In this document: in pieces, positions 27,401 to 40,280 of the stretch
Layout of the letters: the number at the start of each line of letters is the position of its first letter
Numbering within the stretch: the stretch's first letter is position 1
Assembly (NCBI GenBank): GCA_976551045.1
Contig: CDPCPM010000005.1
Coordinates: 186,001 to 250,000 of the forward strand
DNA: 64,000 nucleotides
Reading direction: 5' to 3'
Source: Glaucostegus cemiculus
Lineage: Eukaryota
Notes under the pieces: model-generated
What the model saw: the letters and a program-made list of their open reading frames with translations, nothing else
Database searches by the model: none
What the model was told of the DNA's origin: nothing
Program-made: the position numbers and the translations under genes

Positions 27401-28087
27401 TTTAAGTGATGTGCCCAAGGAAAAAGACTCTGGAAATTACATTTCTTTGCCAGTTTCTTTAGTCTGACCATATAGTCACCAACTGTTTTCTCTAGTCACT
27501 GATTCCATGGTTCAGGTTTGTAGCTGCTGAAAATCTCTGATCTTGTATTAAAATTGACTTCAAGGTTTTTGGTATATCCTCATTTGTAGCATGTGGTGCT
27601 TGTAGACTCACCAATGCCACCTGTGTTTCTGGCCCACTAGCAGCAAGAATATTGCCTTTCTCATCTGTACTTCCATGTTTTTCTGTTCTGTGTTCTCCCC
27701 TAGAATCTTGGCGATATTGCTTGCCCCCAGGAACTTTACCACTCATGAAATAAACAGGGAGAATGGCTGAGTCTTCTTCAGTTAGCCAACATATCCAACC
27801 TATTCATTGCCTGCCATCACCCTTGCTTGACTCAGAGAATATGATTCTCTACTTTCTTTGCACTAAATCACTGTTCTGCTACTATCTCCAGTAACAATAT
27901 CTCATCCCTTCAGCAGTAGGTTTTTTTCTGTTGCCATGTCCATAAACAAGTAACAGACCTAGAGCTATCCACAGAATATCCTTTACTGAAGGCAGTAACT
28001 CTCAACTAAACAACAATATCAGATCTAACAATACATCAGAGCCCTGTCACTTGATTGACTCAGTTCTTAAAGTTACATTTAGACACA
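24433..28087 (-). mobile_element. Decayed Gypsy-like LTR retrotransposon composite (gag, zinc knuckle, two LTR-like direct repeats) inserted in a DeuSINE
   Basis: Minus strand 27437-27508 reads NQ*LEKTVGDYMVRLKKLAKKCNF (Gypsy gag motif). Around 27100-27190 it reads HRCFGR / FKMALCYKYHRAGH (frameshifted zinc knuckles). Direct repeats lie at 24650-24790 and 27937-28085, with a PBS-like TGGCAAC next to 27937. DeuSINE halves lie at ~24330-24432 and ~28088-28285. Confidence 0.7.
25115..25333. mobile_element. Penelope-derived foldback with 14-bp TSD
   Basis: Inverted arms aaaacaaactgctgga...cagcatctg and cagatgctg...tccagtggtttgtttt, flanked by ACTGCCCGCATAAA (25101-25114) and ATTGTCTGCATAAA (25334-25347). 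Confidence 0.8.
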
Positions 28088-28599
28088 TATAGAGGCCCCC
28101 TATATCATGGACAATATTTGTCCATCAGGACCATATAAACTGACCATCTTGTTATTATAGAATTCTTGGATTTTTGTTGTGCACAAATTGTCTGCTGCAT
28201 TTCTGAACAACTTCAAAACTGCTCAGTGACCATAAAGTGTTTTGCAATGCCCTCAGTTTCTTCAGGCATTATATGAATGTATGACTGTACAAGAAAATCA
28301 CTAGTATCCTGCTTCAGTTTGACCATTGCTAATATGAAAGGAAACAAGTTAGATTTAAGTTACACCTTTCTTGTCCTTCATACCCAAGCATTTCACAGTG
28401 AACTATTTCTGGAATGCAGTCACTATTCTATAACAAATGCAGTGACCTATTCATACAAGTAAGGTCCCATAGATAGTAATGCATTGTCCACAAAAAGCAG
28501 CAATCCAGCACCAATCTGCCTAATTATCACCCTATCAGTGTATCCTCAATTATCAATAAAGTGATAGAAGGTATTGGTGACAGTGCTTTCAACCTGCAT

Positions 28600-28990
28600 T
28601 TTAATTACCAACAACCTGCTTATTAATGCTCTGTTGGGATTCACTAGACCTCTTTACAGCCTTAGACTGAAGTGTTGACAAAAGTACTTAATTCAAGAGG
28701 TGGGTTGAGATTGACTGACCTTGACAACAAGGCAAGATTTGACCCAGTTTGGCATAATGGAGTTTTGGAAAAACCAGAGTCAGTGACTATCAAGGGAAAA
28801 ACTCTCTACTGTATGGTGCCATATGTTGCACAAAAAAAGATTAAAGATTGTGGTGGTCATTGGAAGTCAATCGTTCTGGTCCCAGGACATAACTCTTGAC
28901 CCAACCATCTTAGCTCCATCATCATAAAGTCAGAATTGGGCACTTTCACTGATAATTCCACAACAATTCCAGCCGTCCATGAAAGTGGCT
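28600..28990 (+). mobile_element. Non-LTR retrotransposon reverse transcriptase remnant
   Basis: Translation LTDLDNKARFDPVWHNG resembles the RT motif LDI.KAFD.VWH.G. Confidence 0.65.
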
Positions 28991-30689
28991 CATCATCACC
29001 TTCTTGTGTTCATGTGAAGATGGAGACTGAATAGTGGCCCTGCCAGAAAACATCAGTCTCCATAAATGAGTAACAAAAAAATGAGATGAATGCCTAATTT
29101 GTTGTTGTTTTTCTGGCTATCTCTTGGCTGGGACATAAGGTAAACTATTCATCTTGACTGAACCAGCCCCATATGTACTGTGAAGGCTTAAGAAGATCAC
29201 GGGCTGGTATTTTTCAGGACTGTTGTTTTATTGAATAAGGTCTAAGGATACTTTTTTGTCCACCTAAAAAGGCAAGGCACACCCCACATGGTGGTACCCC
29301 TCAGCACTGCACTAGAATATTAACTTGGATTGTGCTCAAGATCCTAGAGTGGTTCACCGCCACACAAAGATTACACACAGATCTGGTTTAATTTAAATGT
29401 TCACAAGTGACATTAAACTTCCATCTTGTTTTTAGCTGGGATTCCAAGTTTACTTTATCCATACCATTTAACTTTTTATGCACTTGGCTGTAATTCTTGA
29501 CAACCACCTTCTAAGATGTGTCATTTCAAAAAATGGATAGTTGTCTTTTAAAAATGGTTTCTATAGATATGTTGTCCAGAAGTTGTAGTTTTGGAAAATG
29601 AGCCGAGATTGACATACTGATCACATTCTTAACAAGCATCTCAGCTGTATCAGGGACCACATTAGTCAAAGTTTGTTTGGACCATAAAATATTTACTGTC
29701 CTGTTTAAATCATCAAGAAGATTATTGTTTTTTCAGGGCAGACCCTTGGATTACCAGCTCAAATCTGGATCAAGTTTGCCTGAACACTGCAAGCCCCTAT
29801 GTGCCTTTATTCATCGGATTGTATAAGGAAGGCAAGAATAGATTGGTATTTTTCATGTCCACTCCCTCCACCAAATAAAGCAGATGCAAATTATGTTCAT
29901 AGACTTTAAGCATTTCTTTATTTTTGTGCTGACAAAGTTTTAAAGGTATAGAGATTGGACAGGAAAAGGAATGACTGTTAGATCCATAAGCACACATCTT
30001 GGCTGTCAGTGGCGTCTGGGATTAAGCAGTTAGAAATTTATGCGTTAGGCTTTTGTTTAGCTTTGTGCACCAGACCAGCCACACAAATAACTTCCTCAGC
30101 TGTGTTTCATTCTCTCTGGTGGCAATGGGAAAGCCTTTAAATTGTAGTGTGCCCCCTGATGTAATCACAACCTGTTCTATCCGTTTCTTCCCTGGGGCTA
30201 GGCATGGATAAACACTGGATGCTTATCTAATCAAGCATTACTCAAAAAGTAGGCTTCAATGTTGACTGGCAAAACCTTGTAATTAGAGAATGGTGCTTTC
30301 ACATTTTTCCTCAAATCTTTTAAGTGCTTTTTGATTATTTTTCAGGACTTCTGTTCTATTAATAGTGCAAACAGAAGAAGTATAATTACGTGCATTCATT
30401 AGTTCAACTGATCTTTACCCCCATTTCATAGGACACTATCTGCTCTAGCAACATCTGATCAAAAGCAGGTTTTAGTATTTTGCATTCAATTTTCTCATGT
30501 TTCCCCTTTCAGTGCAATTTTTTGGGGACAATGCTTTTTGGCATTTTGTCCATGCAGACATTGCTTACTTTTCAGACTAATTATACAATGGTGAGCAATT
30601 TGATTGTACTCAAGTTTGATGCTCTCAACTGGTATCCATGGATACAAGCAACCTTAAGGAACAGGAGTAGTGATGTAAAAGATTGTAGA

Positions 30690-30925
30690 TCTGCATTTCA
30701 AAGAAACATATGGGACTTCTCACTGTTGTATTGGGCCAATATATATTGCTCAAACAACATCACAAAAGCATTTGTCTAATTACTTTATATATTGTCTTTT
30801 TTAAGGAAATTCCTGTGCACAAATTGACTGCTGTGTTTACCAGTGACTATTTCAAAATTATGTAAATTGGATACAAAGTGGATTGGGGCATCTTGAAATT
30901 ATGAAAGGTTGTGCATAAATATGAT
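30690..30925 (+). mobile_element. DeuSINE 3' half
   Basis: ggccaatatatat..aacatcac, tgtgcacaaattgactgctgtgttt and tgaaaggttgtgcataaat. Confidence 0.65.
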
Positions 30926-31180
30926 TATCAACATTTCTAAAGAGGTGCAGGTACTTTGCAATACTAGGTTATTGCTCATATTATCTTCATTGACCTGGCC
31001 CTTTAATAAATTGTTGTATACAGAAATTTACTTCAGCTTTCAGCCCAACTGGTTTCTGCTGGTATTTGTATTTCACCTACTCCTACACTATGTGGTCTAG
31101 TCATGTAAATTACTTTTGTTTTTGTGTCCTTATTTACAGTTACCTTAAGTATGTCTCTGTTAGTCATTGCAATCCAAGAA

Positions 31181-31505
31181 TGACACAGTGGCTCAGCTTG
31201 TGGAGCTGTTGCCTCATAACTCCAGTGACTCATGCAATCCTGACCTTGGGTGCTGTCCATGTAGAGTTTGCATGTGCTCCCCATTACAACATAGGTTTCT
31301 TCTGGGTCCTAAAGCTGTTTACGTTGGTAGGTAAATTAGTCACTTTAAATTGCCTGTAATATGTAGCTAAGTGGCAGAGTCTTTGGGAGCTGATGGGAAT
31401 GTGGGAAAAGTAAAAACAAAAATGGAATTAGTTTAAAAGTATTTGATGGTTGGCCCAGACTTGGTGGGCTGAAGTGCCTGATTTTATGCTGTTTCATCTA
31501 TGACT
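31181..31505 (+). mobile_element. tRNA-derived V-SINE (HE1-like) with CR1-type tail
   Basis: A-box-like cagtggctcagcttg, V-domain gagtttgcatgtgctcccc, tail ggtgggctgaagtgcctg...ctatgact. Confidence 0.75.
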
Positions 31506-32000
31506 ATCATTAAAGCTCACAGTAGCAAGTTCCACTCTTAATCACTTTCTGGATTTGTTATTGACTGTCTTATATTAATGGCATCTGGTTCTGATCTTGA
31601 TGTAAGTAGGAACACGTTGTCCACATCTACCCTATCTAACCTTTTCAATATCTTAAATACCTCTCTCAGGTTACCACTTCACTTTTGTAGAGTAGAGCTC
31701 TGGCTTGTTTAACCTTTCCTGAAGGTTGTAACCCCCAATTCTGAATCAGCCTTTTAAATATTTCTTTGCATGTATTTCAGTTCCTCCATATCCTTTTCAT
31801 AATTTGAAGTTCACACTGGGACCTTCCTGGGTTTTGTGGCTCAGGCAGTTGTTGCCTTAATGAACTGAGCCAATAATTGATTTTACTGTTGAATTATTTG
31901 CATTCTCTATAGGTTGTACAATATATGTGAGAAAAATAACTATGAGGTAAGTAAGATTAATGTACAGAAGAGACAATGATCATTGGCCATTTTATTTGGA

Positions 32001-32295
32001 CAGTAAAACTCCAATAATCCACTATATCAGAATTCCGAAATCCCGATGTGTCGGCATCTGACTCACCTGGTAATGTTTGTTGCGTTCTCACTCACCAGGA
32101 CCCTGTTTCCAATGCTGCCTTTCAATTTATCTGGTTCACTGGAAAACATTATTATAATGTGCAACATCTCTTTTCAAATAACAAGTCAATGTAAAATATG
32201 TTGCGATATTAATTGAAATAACATCCAATACTACAGAAAATCTGCTTGTCCGGCACTACCTAAGTCCCAAGAGTGTTGGATTGTCAGATTTACTG
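32001..32295. mobile_element. Non-autonomous Tc1/mariner (Tigger-like) MITE
   Basis: Termini CAGTAAA...TTTACTG followed by TA; internal sequence shared with 50776-51131. Confidence 0.65.
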
Positions 32296-32944
32296 TAATA
32301 TATAACATCTTGAATATTCAGTTAAATTGTACTTGTTGACTGAACCATTTCAAATTATGTCTAAGCAGATTGTTCCAGATGACATTGGATGTTACATCTC
32401 AGTGAATAAAGATGACATAGATTGTTTCCATTTAGTGTACATTCATTGATCATGTAGTGTTAGGTTTAGTGGCATAATATAAAGTGAAGTTGGCTTAAAT
32501 TGTGATGTTGCTCCTTATATACAGCAAAATGGTTGAAATGTGAGATTAAGGTCATAGCTTGCATTGATAATGCACTTTGCTATCAGTCAGCTAACCGCCA
32601 GAAAATTGATTGAGTGTTTTATCGCTGCTTCATTTTTCTTGTTAAATTGAGATTTGATGTAGTTTGAAGAAATTATCTTGTCATTGTTGCTTCTCATTGG
32701 GATGGTGTCCAGTGACTCCAAAGAGACTAGTTCTCTTGCTTAAGTGGATGAGATTTTACTGCAGTCTATTAATTAATGATGGTTAGTAAAGTTGCAGAAT
32801 GATTGAGAGTGGGATCTATTGTACTTATTAGGCGAGAATTGATTTTCGAAGCACTAACTGGGTTTCCATCTTTAGAAATATCACTCAGATTGAAAATACT
32901 TGTCTGAATGTTTTCATGTTTATGAAACTCCAATTCGGAGAAAC

Positions 32945-33200
32945 AAAATGCATTTCTATGCCACCTTTTGTAACCTGAGGATGTCTCGCATTGTTTTCCA
33001 TCAAGTGAAGCACTTTTGATGTGTAGTCAGTGTTGTAGGAAGTTTAGCAGGATCTCACACACAGCTGTGTGATTTGGTGATGGTCAGATAATCTCATCCT
33101 TTGGAACATTAGTTGAAGAGCCACTTTTGATCATGATCTTAGGCCATCATAAAATACCATTCTAGGCTATTCTTCAAAACAGTAGCATGGGATTGCAATT
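32945..33200 (-). mobile_element. DeuSINE remnant
   Basis: tgcatttctatgccacctttt, tgaagcacttttgatgtgtagtcagtgttgta and cagtagcatgggat. Confidence 0.6.
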
Positions 33201-33706
33201 CTCTAACACTTAGTTTCTCATTTTAAATTGTGGTTCACCATGGTCTGTGCACTGTAGGGATGGGGCGGGGGGAAATCCTCAGAAAAAGTGGTAACAAGCA
33301 CAAGGAACTGAAAATGTTTTGGTGGCATTAAATGTCTGTGAATTAAACTGATCCAAAACAGAAAAGTAATGTGACTTATATAACAAAATTTAATGTAAAC
33401 TTAAATTTGGTAGTAACTAAAAACATATTGATTTGTTAAAGGTAAATCCATAGAAAAACAACTCATGTAAAAGGCAAGACTTTCCAACAATCACATAGCT
33501 TGGTGTATTTACTCCCCCGAGGGTGATTCCAGTCACCCTTTCTAATTCTGATTGAGTTGAATGGAAGGCATCCGACCAACATTTGCTGCCTGAAACATTA
33601 CACAATTTTCTATAGAATCATTAACATAGTTTCTAAAGAACTCCCTGAATTATATTTCAAATTTTAGTACTCACCTGATTTTGTTTTGAAAGCAAGTATC
33701 TGCTTC

Positions 33707-33775
33707 TTTGAAATCTGCTTCACTTATTTGAAATCTGCTTTATTTGAATCACTTATTTGAAATCTGCTTCACTTC
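33707..33775. repeat. Short imperfect tandem repeat (tttgaaatctgcttcactta unit, about 3.5 copies)
   Basis: tttgaaatctgctt occurs three times, plus a partial unit. Confidence 0.8.
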
Positions 33776-36700
33776 CCTTCCAGGTAGAAATGTACAATTT
33801 ATTTTGAAATACAAATAACTAAAATATTATTCCATTAGTTATTGTATTATCCTTTTTAAAAACAATCCTTAGTTCACACTTTAATAAAATCAAGTAATTG
33901 ATTTAAATTCAGAAATGTTCCTGGCAAAATCTTTTGCATTTTGTGCAACAATATTCCACATGTGGCAACGTCATGTTCAGAAAATCTCCTTTTGTGATTG
34001 TGAGCAGAATGTTGGCATGGACATGTGCTTTAATAATTTCAACCATCCCTGCACCTGCTCCAATATTCTATGAAACACAGAGAAAAATATTGAAAATAAA
34101 ATTAGATTGATCCTGTGGCTTTTAATCAAATCGCTCATGTTTTCCTCAATAGAACTCTACATCACGTGACAACAGAATGTTGTTGAATTCAGAGAGTAAA
34201 TGGTTTCTTCAATATTGTCATTTTTATTTTACAGCAGAACAGTACACAAAATGGATCTGCAGGTGTTTTATAGTTTGGTATATTGCCATTCAAGGGACAA
34301 AGCCTTTGATTACTTTAACACAGCTCTGCTCTGAGTTATTAAATAATTGTTCAACACAGGTGTGGGCATGTCTGTCAGATTATAAGAACTATTATCATTT
34401 ATAATGTCCTTATCTCTTTATTTGTTCTTCAGATTTCTTTTATTGCTTATATTAATCTCGATGACAATATGAGGAGCAAAACTAACATCCTCAGAGATGG
34501 TCATTAACCTGGGATAATTCAGCTTCACTGTGGGTATTTTTTTAAGCACTTTCCCACTGCCAGGCTAAACAACTTTAACAAGCCTGTTCCCCAGATGGTG
34601 TCATCAGCATTCATTGCTTTATTTATTTTGATGTAGGGGGTCTGCTTTTAAAAAAATATAAATAGAAAACTGAGTTAATATTAGAAATACTCAAGTTGAC
34701 ACAATCTTTAAATCCTTTCTCTGCCATAGTATCAGTTGCTTGCCCAAAGTCCTTACTCCTTTATTCCATGCACTTACTTTGTCCTCACTTCAATAATGCC
34801 CAATCTGGAAAAATAAACATTAGTTCTCACCATGTGAGTGAAGAAGTGGTTAATTGGCAGCAGCTATTGAAATGGCAAAATAATGTGGATGAGAGTTTTT
34901 TTAAAGAGGGAAAATGTTCTCTCAATAACTTTTATTGAAACTACTAAAGTAAAAATCCTCAATGTTTCAAATGTTCAGTTCAAACTTCCATGAGAAAATG
35001 GAATGCTGCAGCTCAAATTTCAGTCCGGGAAGTTGATACAGGAAGTTTGGCAATGTTTCACACACTGAATCTCACTGTGGAGTTGCCTTCTTTCTGATTC
35101 CAGCATTGTAGGAAACCCCCCACCCTTCTATTCCTCTCATGCTGAAGTTCAAATGTGTGCTTCACCATTGTTGTCTGCAGTAGGCTTTCTAAAGCACACA
35201 ACTTGTCCTGTGGGCAATCTGTATCTTCATTTTGTTCCTGCAGTATATTCCAGTGCTCCCCCCCCCCCCCCCCCTCCAACCCCAAGTCACTTTTAGATTA
35301 TTACTGGGAGAATGACACTCTCCTTCCTTATGCATTTTCTGAAACTCTGGATGCTTCTGGAAAAATCTAGATGTTGGAAATATGTAGGTGCCTGGAGTTC
35401 ATTCCTTTGTTATCAAATGTTGCTGTCATTACTACTGTTGGACTCCAGCTGGCTGCTGCACTTTGATAGTGAAAGGTGCCTTTGGTCTTTTGTGCATAAG
35501 GAACTGATGAACTCAAATTTGTGAGATGTAATTTACACATGTAGGTCGCCCACCTTGGGTACCCTCAGAAAACTTTCCCAAAATGTTGAAATATGTTTGT
35601 TATAACTAATAAATCCAGATGCAGAGCAATTGGTCTGGTTTCAGAAGACAGAGTGCTAACAAATTGAAAATGTGCAGTTTGGGTAAATGAAAGCTCAGGT
35701 GCATATATACGGTATTGGTTTATGCTATGGAACAAATTGTCTTTCATGTGCTTTATGGCATAAGGCCATTTTGGCATATGAGTAGAAAGGAACATTGGTC
35801 ATCTTCACATTGGAGATATGAATTAATTATGTAAACTGTGCACATGAGCTGAGAATTAGCAACTTGAATTTGTCTGGCTTTTTTTTTCAAATTCTTTTTA
35901 GCAAAGATTAGAAAAAGACAAAAAAAGGTTTTGGGGATAAAAGATGGATGGTTTCTTGAGAAAGATTTGACTAGTGCAAAATAATTTAGATGAGAATTGG
36001 GGACTAAGGTGCATCTTGTGAGTGTGTTAGATTACACATCAGAACAAGGCATACAATCAATGGACAGAACAATATCCAGCATGTTCTAAGGTAAAGCTTC
36101 CAGCTTGGGACCCACTACATCAAAAGTAATTCACCAGGAGGTGTTCAAATTAAGGTGAATATGAATAAAATGTGAGCACTTAACTTATTTTCACTAGGGA
36201 ATACACACCAAGCGGAAACATGATACTGCTATTCAAAATAATCAAAGGCAAAGGTAAAGTGGATGTAAACAAATAATTCATCTTGAATCATAGACTGGGA
36301 ACCCAAGGGCCTGATATTATATATGTTTGAAAATATGAAACTAGGATTCTCCAACAAGGTCCTGGAAATGTGGAATAATATCCAGAGAAGGCATGGTTGG
36401 AAGTGGCTCCTCATGCCTGTTCTGACATTCTGTTAGATCATGACTGATCTTAACTTCCACGATCTGCCTTTGTTCCGTCACCTTGCTAACTAAATATTCT
36501 TGCCTAACAATAATCTATTGTTCTCATTTTAGAAAATTTTGTTTGATTTCCAACCTCAACAACTTTTCAAGGGGAGTTTTTGATTTAATCTATTCTTTAC
36601 TTCAGTGGGAATGCATTAGATTTCAGGTCACTTCTCCTGCTATATTGTACGTTTAACACAGACAACCATAGTTGAATTTCTATCCCTAGTTCCTGGACAC

Positions 36701-36802
36701 AGCAGGCCTGATGAACCATATGGCCTTGGATTACAAAGCCCTACACTTCTTCCTTGAGCTGCACTGTCTGAGGTCAAATCTCTGGAAGGTGAAGGGAATG
36801 AT

Positions 36803-37306
36803 TTGGTGTTGGTATTGGTTTATTATTGTCACTTGTACTGAGGTACAGTGAAACGCTTGTCTTACAAACCGATCGTACAGGTCAATTCATTACACAGTGC
36901 AGTTACATAGTTAGTACAAAGTGCATTGAAGTAGTACAGTAAAAACAGTAACAGTACAGAATAAAGTGTCACAGCTACAGAGAAAGTGCAGTGCAATAAG
37001 GTGCAAGATCACACAAGGTGGAATGTGAGGTCACAGATCATCTCATTGCATAAGGGAACCGTTCAATAGTCTTATCACGGTGGGGAAGAAGCTGTCTTTA
37101 AGTCTGGTGGTGCGTGCTCTCAGACACCTGTATCTTCTACCTGATGGAAGAGGAGAGAAGAGAGAATGTCCCAGATGAGTGGGGTCTTTGATTATGCTGG
37201 CCACTACACCAAGGCAATGAGAGGTAAAGACAGAGTCCAAGGAGGGGAGGCTGGTGACCGTGATGCGTTGGGCTGTGTCCACAACTCTGCAGCTTCTTGC
37301 GGTCCT
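36803..37306 (-). mobile_element. 5'-truncated Rex1/Babar-type LINE, relatively young
   Basis: ORF end IIKDPTHLGHSLFSPLPSGRRYRCLRARTTRLKDSFFPTVIRLLN, followed by a 3'UTR ending in AATAAA and a (CCAATA)-like tail. Confidence 0.85.
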
Positions 37307-39282
37307 TAATAGAGGTTTTGAAAATGTTGAAAAGATTTGATAGATGTGTGGAAGATGTTTTCCATCATGGAAGTGAACAGAGTAACAGGGATTTGGGAAT
37401 GAACTTGCAGACCTAAAGGACTTGCCAGTTGAAGGCGTGCACAGAAATGGTAGAGTGATTAAAATTGGTTATGATGAATTAGAGGAGTTCCTATACTTTT
37501 GGGGATTGCAGGGCAGGAAGAGATAAGAGACAGAAGGCTGAACGGAAAAGAGAGATTTGAAAACCAGGATGAGATTGAGATATTACTACTACAGGAAATA
37601 ATTCTAGTCAGCAAACATAGGATCGATGGGTAAGCAAGACTTGCAATCAGTGAGGTTACAAGTTACAGAGTTTTGGTTGAGTTCAAATTTACAGAGAAGA
37701 TAGATGTAGAGAAACAATGGTACAACAGGTGACTGAGAGACTCTTCCAACTTAAGATGATAGGAGATCCAACAGTATGTATTAAAATTTTACTGAAAACA
37801 TCTGCAATATACCAAAATAATTATAGCACAGATAAACAATTAAACATGGCTCAACACAACTATGCCTCTGGTTCCATTCCAGCCTTCAGCATCCTTCACT
37901 TCAGTATATCAAAGGCTCATCCTATTTTTTCCTCCCTTTCCTCAACTTTCCTATAACTGCATTAACATTACTCATCTCAACCACTTCCCTGGGTAGGTAA
38001 GTCCTACATTCTTGCCATAATACTGGGTAAAGAGTTTTGTCCTGAATTCCCTTTCACACCGACAAGACCACTAGTTCTAACCCTGCTTGTGGGTAGAAAA
38101 CAATTCAAGTTTTACGTGAAAAATGCTTAGGCATCATTCAGATCTACTAAGGTTGAGGCATGGTTTGCAAATATCATTTGGAGTTCAGTTTAATAACATC
38201 TTGGAATGAGATGCCCAATTTAATCTTTGAAAGTGATTGAGCAAAGTTCTTCATCCCCTGTTCTAGCTGCTTTGTATGCAAGTCTCAGAGGTGCAAGTAT
38301 AACATACTGTGCCTCAATTTTTTTTTAAGAGTGCTAGTTTTAATTAGTATCTCTTCTAAGGTGCGGGTGCTGGTGCCTGTGGTGTAGTACTTAAAATTAT
38401 ATTGAGACTTAAATAGAATAATAATGTCAAGGAATTTTGTGACTGATTTGGAGCAAGTTGAAGAAAGGCAATGTTGCTACTTTCCTGTATAGCACTCACT
38501 ATTGAAAGTGCATTCCAATGAAAGACTTAAAAGTAGTCAAAATAATATTAAACTGTTAAGCTTTCTGGCTTCTACCAGTACGTTGCAAAGGCCAAGTAAT
38601 TCTGTCCTTGACTGTGAGGATAGGTGTCTAGACATTTGTATAGTTCTGGGCATTACTGCCTGCATGCTGACCTTTCAAGAGGCATATTTTTGTGATTCTG
38701 GAGAATAAAACCCATCATGATGGCTCAACAATCCTAACAAACTGTTTGGGGAAGTATGACTGCAAATATGAGAAGAGGCATGGGTTCATGCTTCACTGGC
38801 CTATTCAAGGTCCAGCTGTTGCACAGCTAACAAGGTCGACGGCATAGAGCCAGTCAGCCCAAATGATCCATTAATAGTCCGAAGGTGACTCCCACCCTTC
38901 ATCTTCTAACCCTTATGGTCCTTCCATTCCTTTCTCTCAAGACTTCATCCAGCTTCCCTTTTAATATATCCATGCTGTTTACCTCAAAGGCCTCTTGTGA
39001 TCACAGGTTTCACATTCTCACCATTCACAGGATAGACTTCCTCCTGAATTCCCCAAGAAATTTATTCATGACTGCTTTGAATTTTATTTTCCTTAGTTTT
39101 AACCCATTTTCTACATCTGTTAGGTCATTTCTACCTTCCTCTTTTTGAGAGAAAAGAACTCAGCCTTTGTATTCTTCTCTGACAGCTATCTCTCAGTTCT
39201 CTCTGAACAACCCAGACATACCAAAGTCTGGACAATGTTGTAACTCACTTCACTTGAAATTAATTGTGTTTTATACATGTGT

Positions 39283-40280
39283 AGAATACATATAGGGGCA
39301 GGCCATTTGGTCCCTCATGCCTGCACAACCATTCAATTAGATCATGGCTATTACCTGAGCTAATATTCCTTGTTTCCCTTAATAACTAAAAATCTACTGA
39401 TTTCTGTCTTGACATATATATGCAGTAATTAAACCTCCATATTGTCTTGGGAGATTCCAAGGATTTGCTGGCTTTTTGGGGTAGGGTGGGAGGGGAGGAA
39501 GAAATCTAATCTCTGTTCTGCACAAGGAGCTCATTATTTTGACACTTCAGTCTTGGTTCTTGACATGCCTTCCAGAAAAATATCATTCCCACATCAATCC
39601 TATTAAGTCCCATTAAAAAAAATTAGACATTTTGTACCTCTCACTCTTCCGAACTCAGTAGAGTGCAGGACCAGTCTACTTAATCTCTCCTCATAGGACA
39701 ACTCTGCCATCATAGGAATCAATTTGGTAAACATTTGCTGCACTTGTATTGGAAGAGATCCTTCCTTGGATATGGACTTGTGCATAATATTCCAGATACA
39801 GGCTCAGCAAGGCCCTATATAATTGAAGCAAACTGTACTCAATTCCTCCTGTAATAATTTGCATTTCCTTGGTGCTTGTTGTACTTGCATGTTAGCTTTC
39901 AGTGATTCATGTACAAGGACACTTAGGTACCAATGAACGTCAACATTTTTCAGTCTCACACCATTTAACGAATGCTCTGCATTTCTGTTTTCTCCATCAA
40001 AGTGGAAGACCTCATGTCTTCCCACATTCTGTTCCACCAGCCATCTCCTTATATCCAATATAGATAGGTTTAGCGAATGGCTAAACCTATCTATATTGCT
40101 CTGAAATGTCTCTCCCTCCTCTTCACAGCCCAACTCAGTACTCGGCTTTGTACCATGTTGGAAATCTTGCACTTGTTTCCACCATCCCCCACCCCCGCCC
40201 TGCCCATCGCTTTGAAATCATTAATATAAATTGAGAACAACTGGGGATCCAGCAGTGATCTCTGTGGCACTCCACTAGTT
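39283..40280 (-). mobile_element. CR1 LINE 3' ~1 kb remnant
   Basis: LSYEERLSRL motif, SGVPQ-type RT motif at the 40280 end and a CR1 3' tail near 39283. Confidence 0.8.

Noticed and set aside
33707-33775. Short direct repeats superficially like a CRISPR array
   Set aside because: Vertebrate DNA, no unique spacers, irregular units; a simple slippage repeat.
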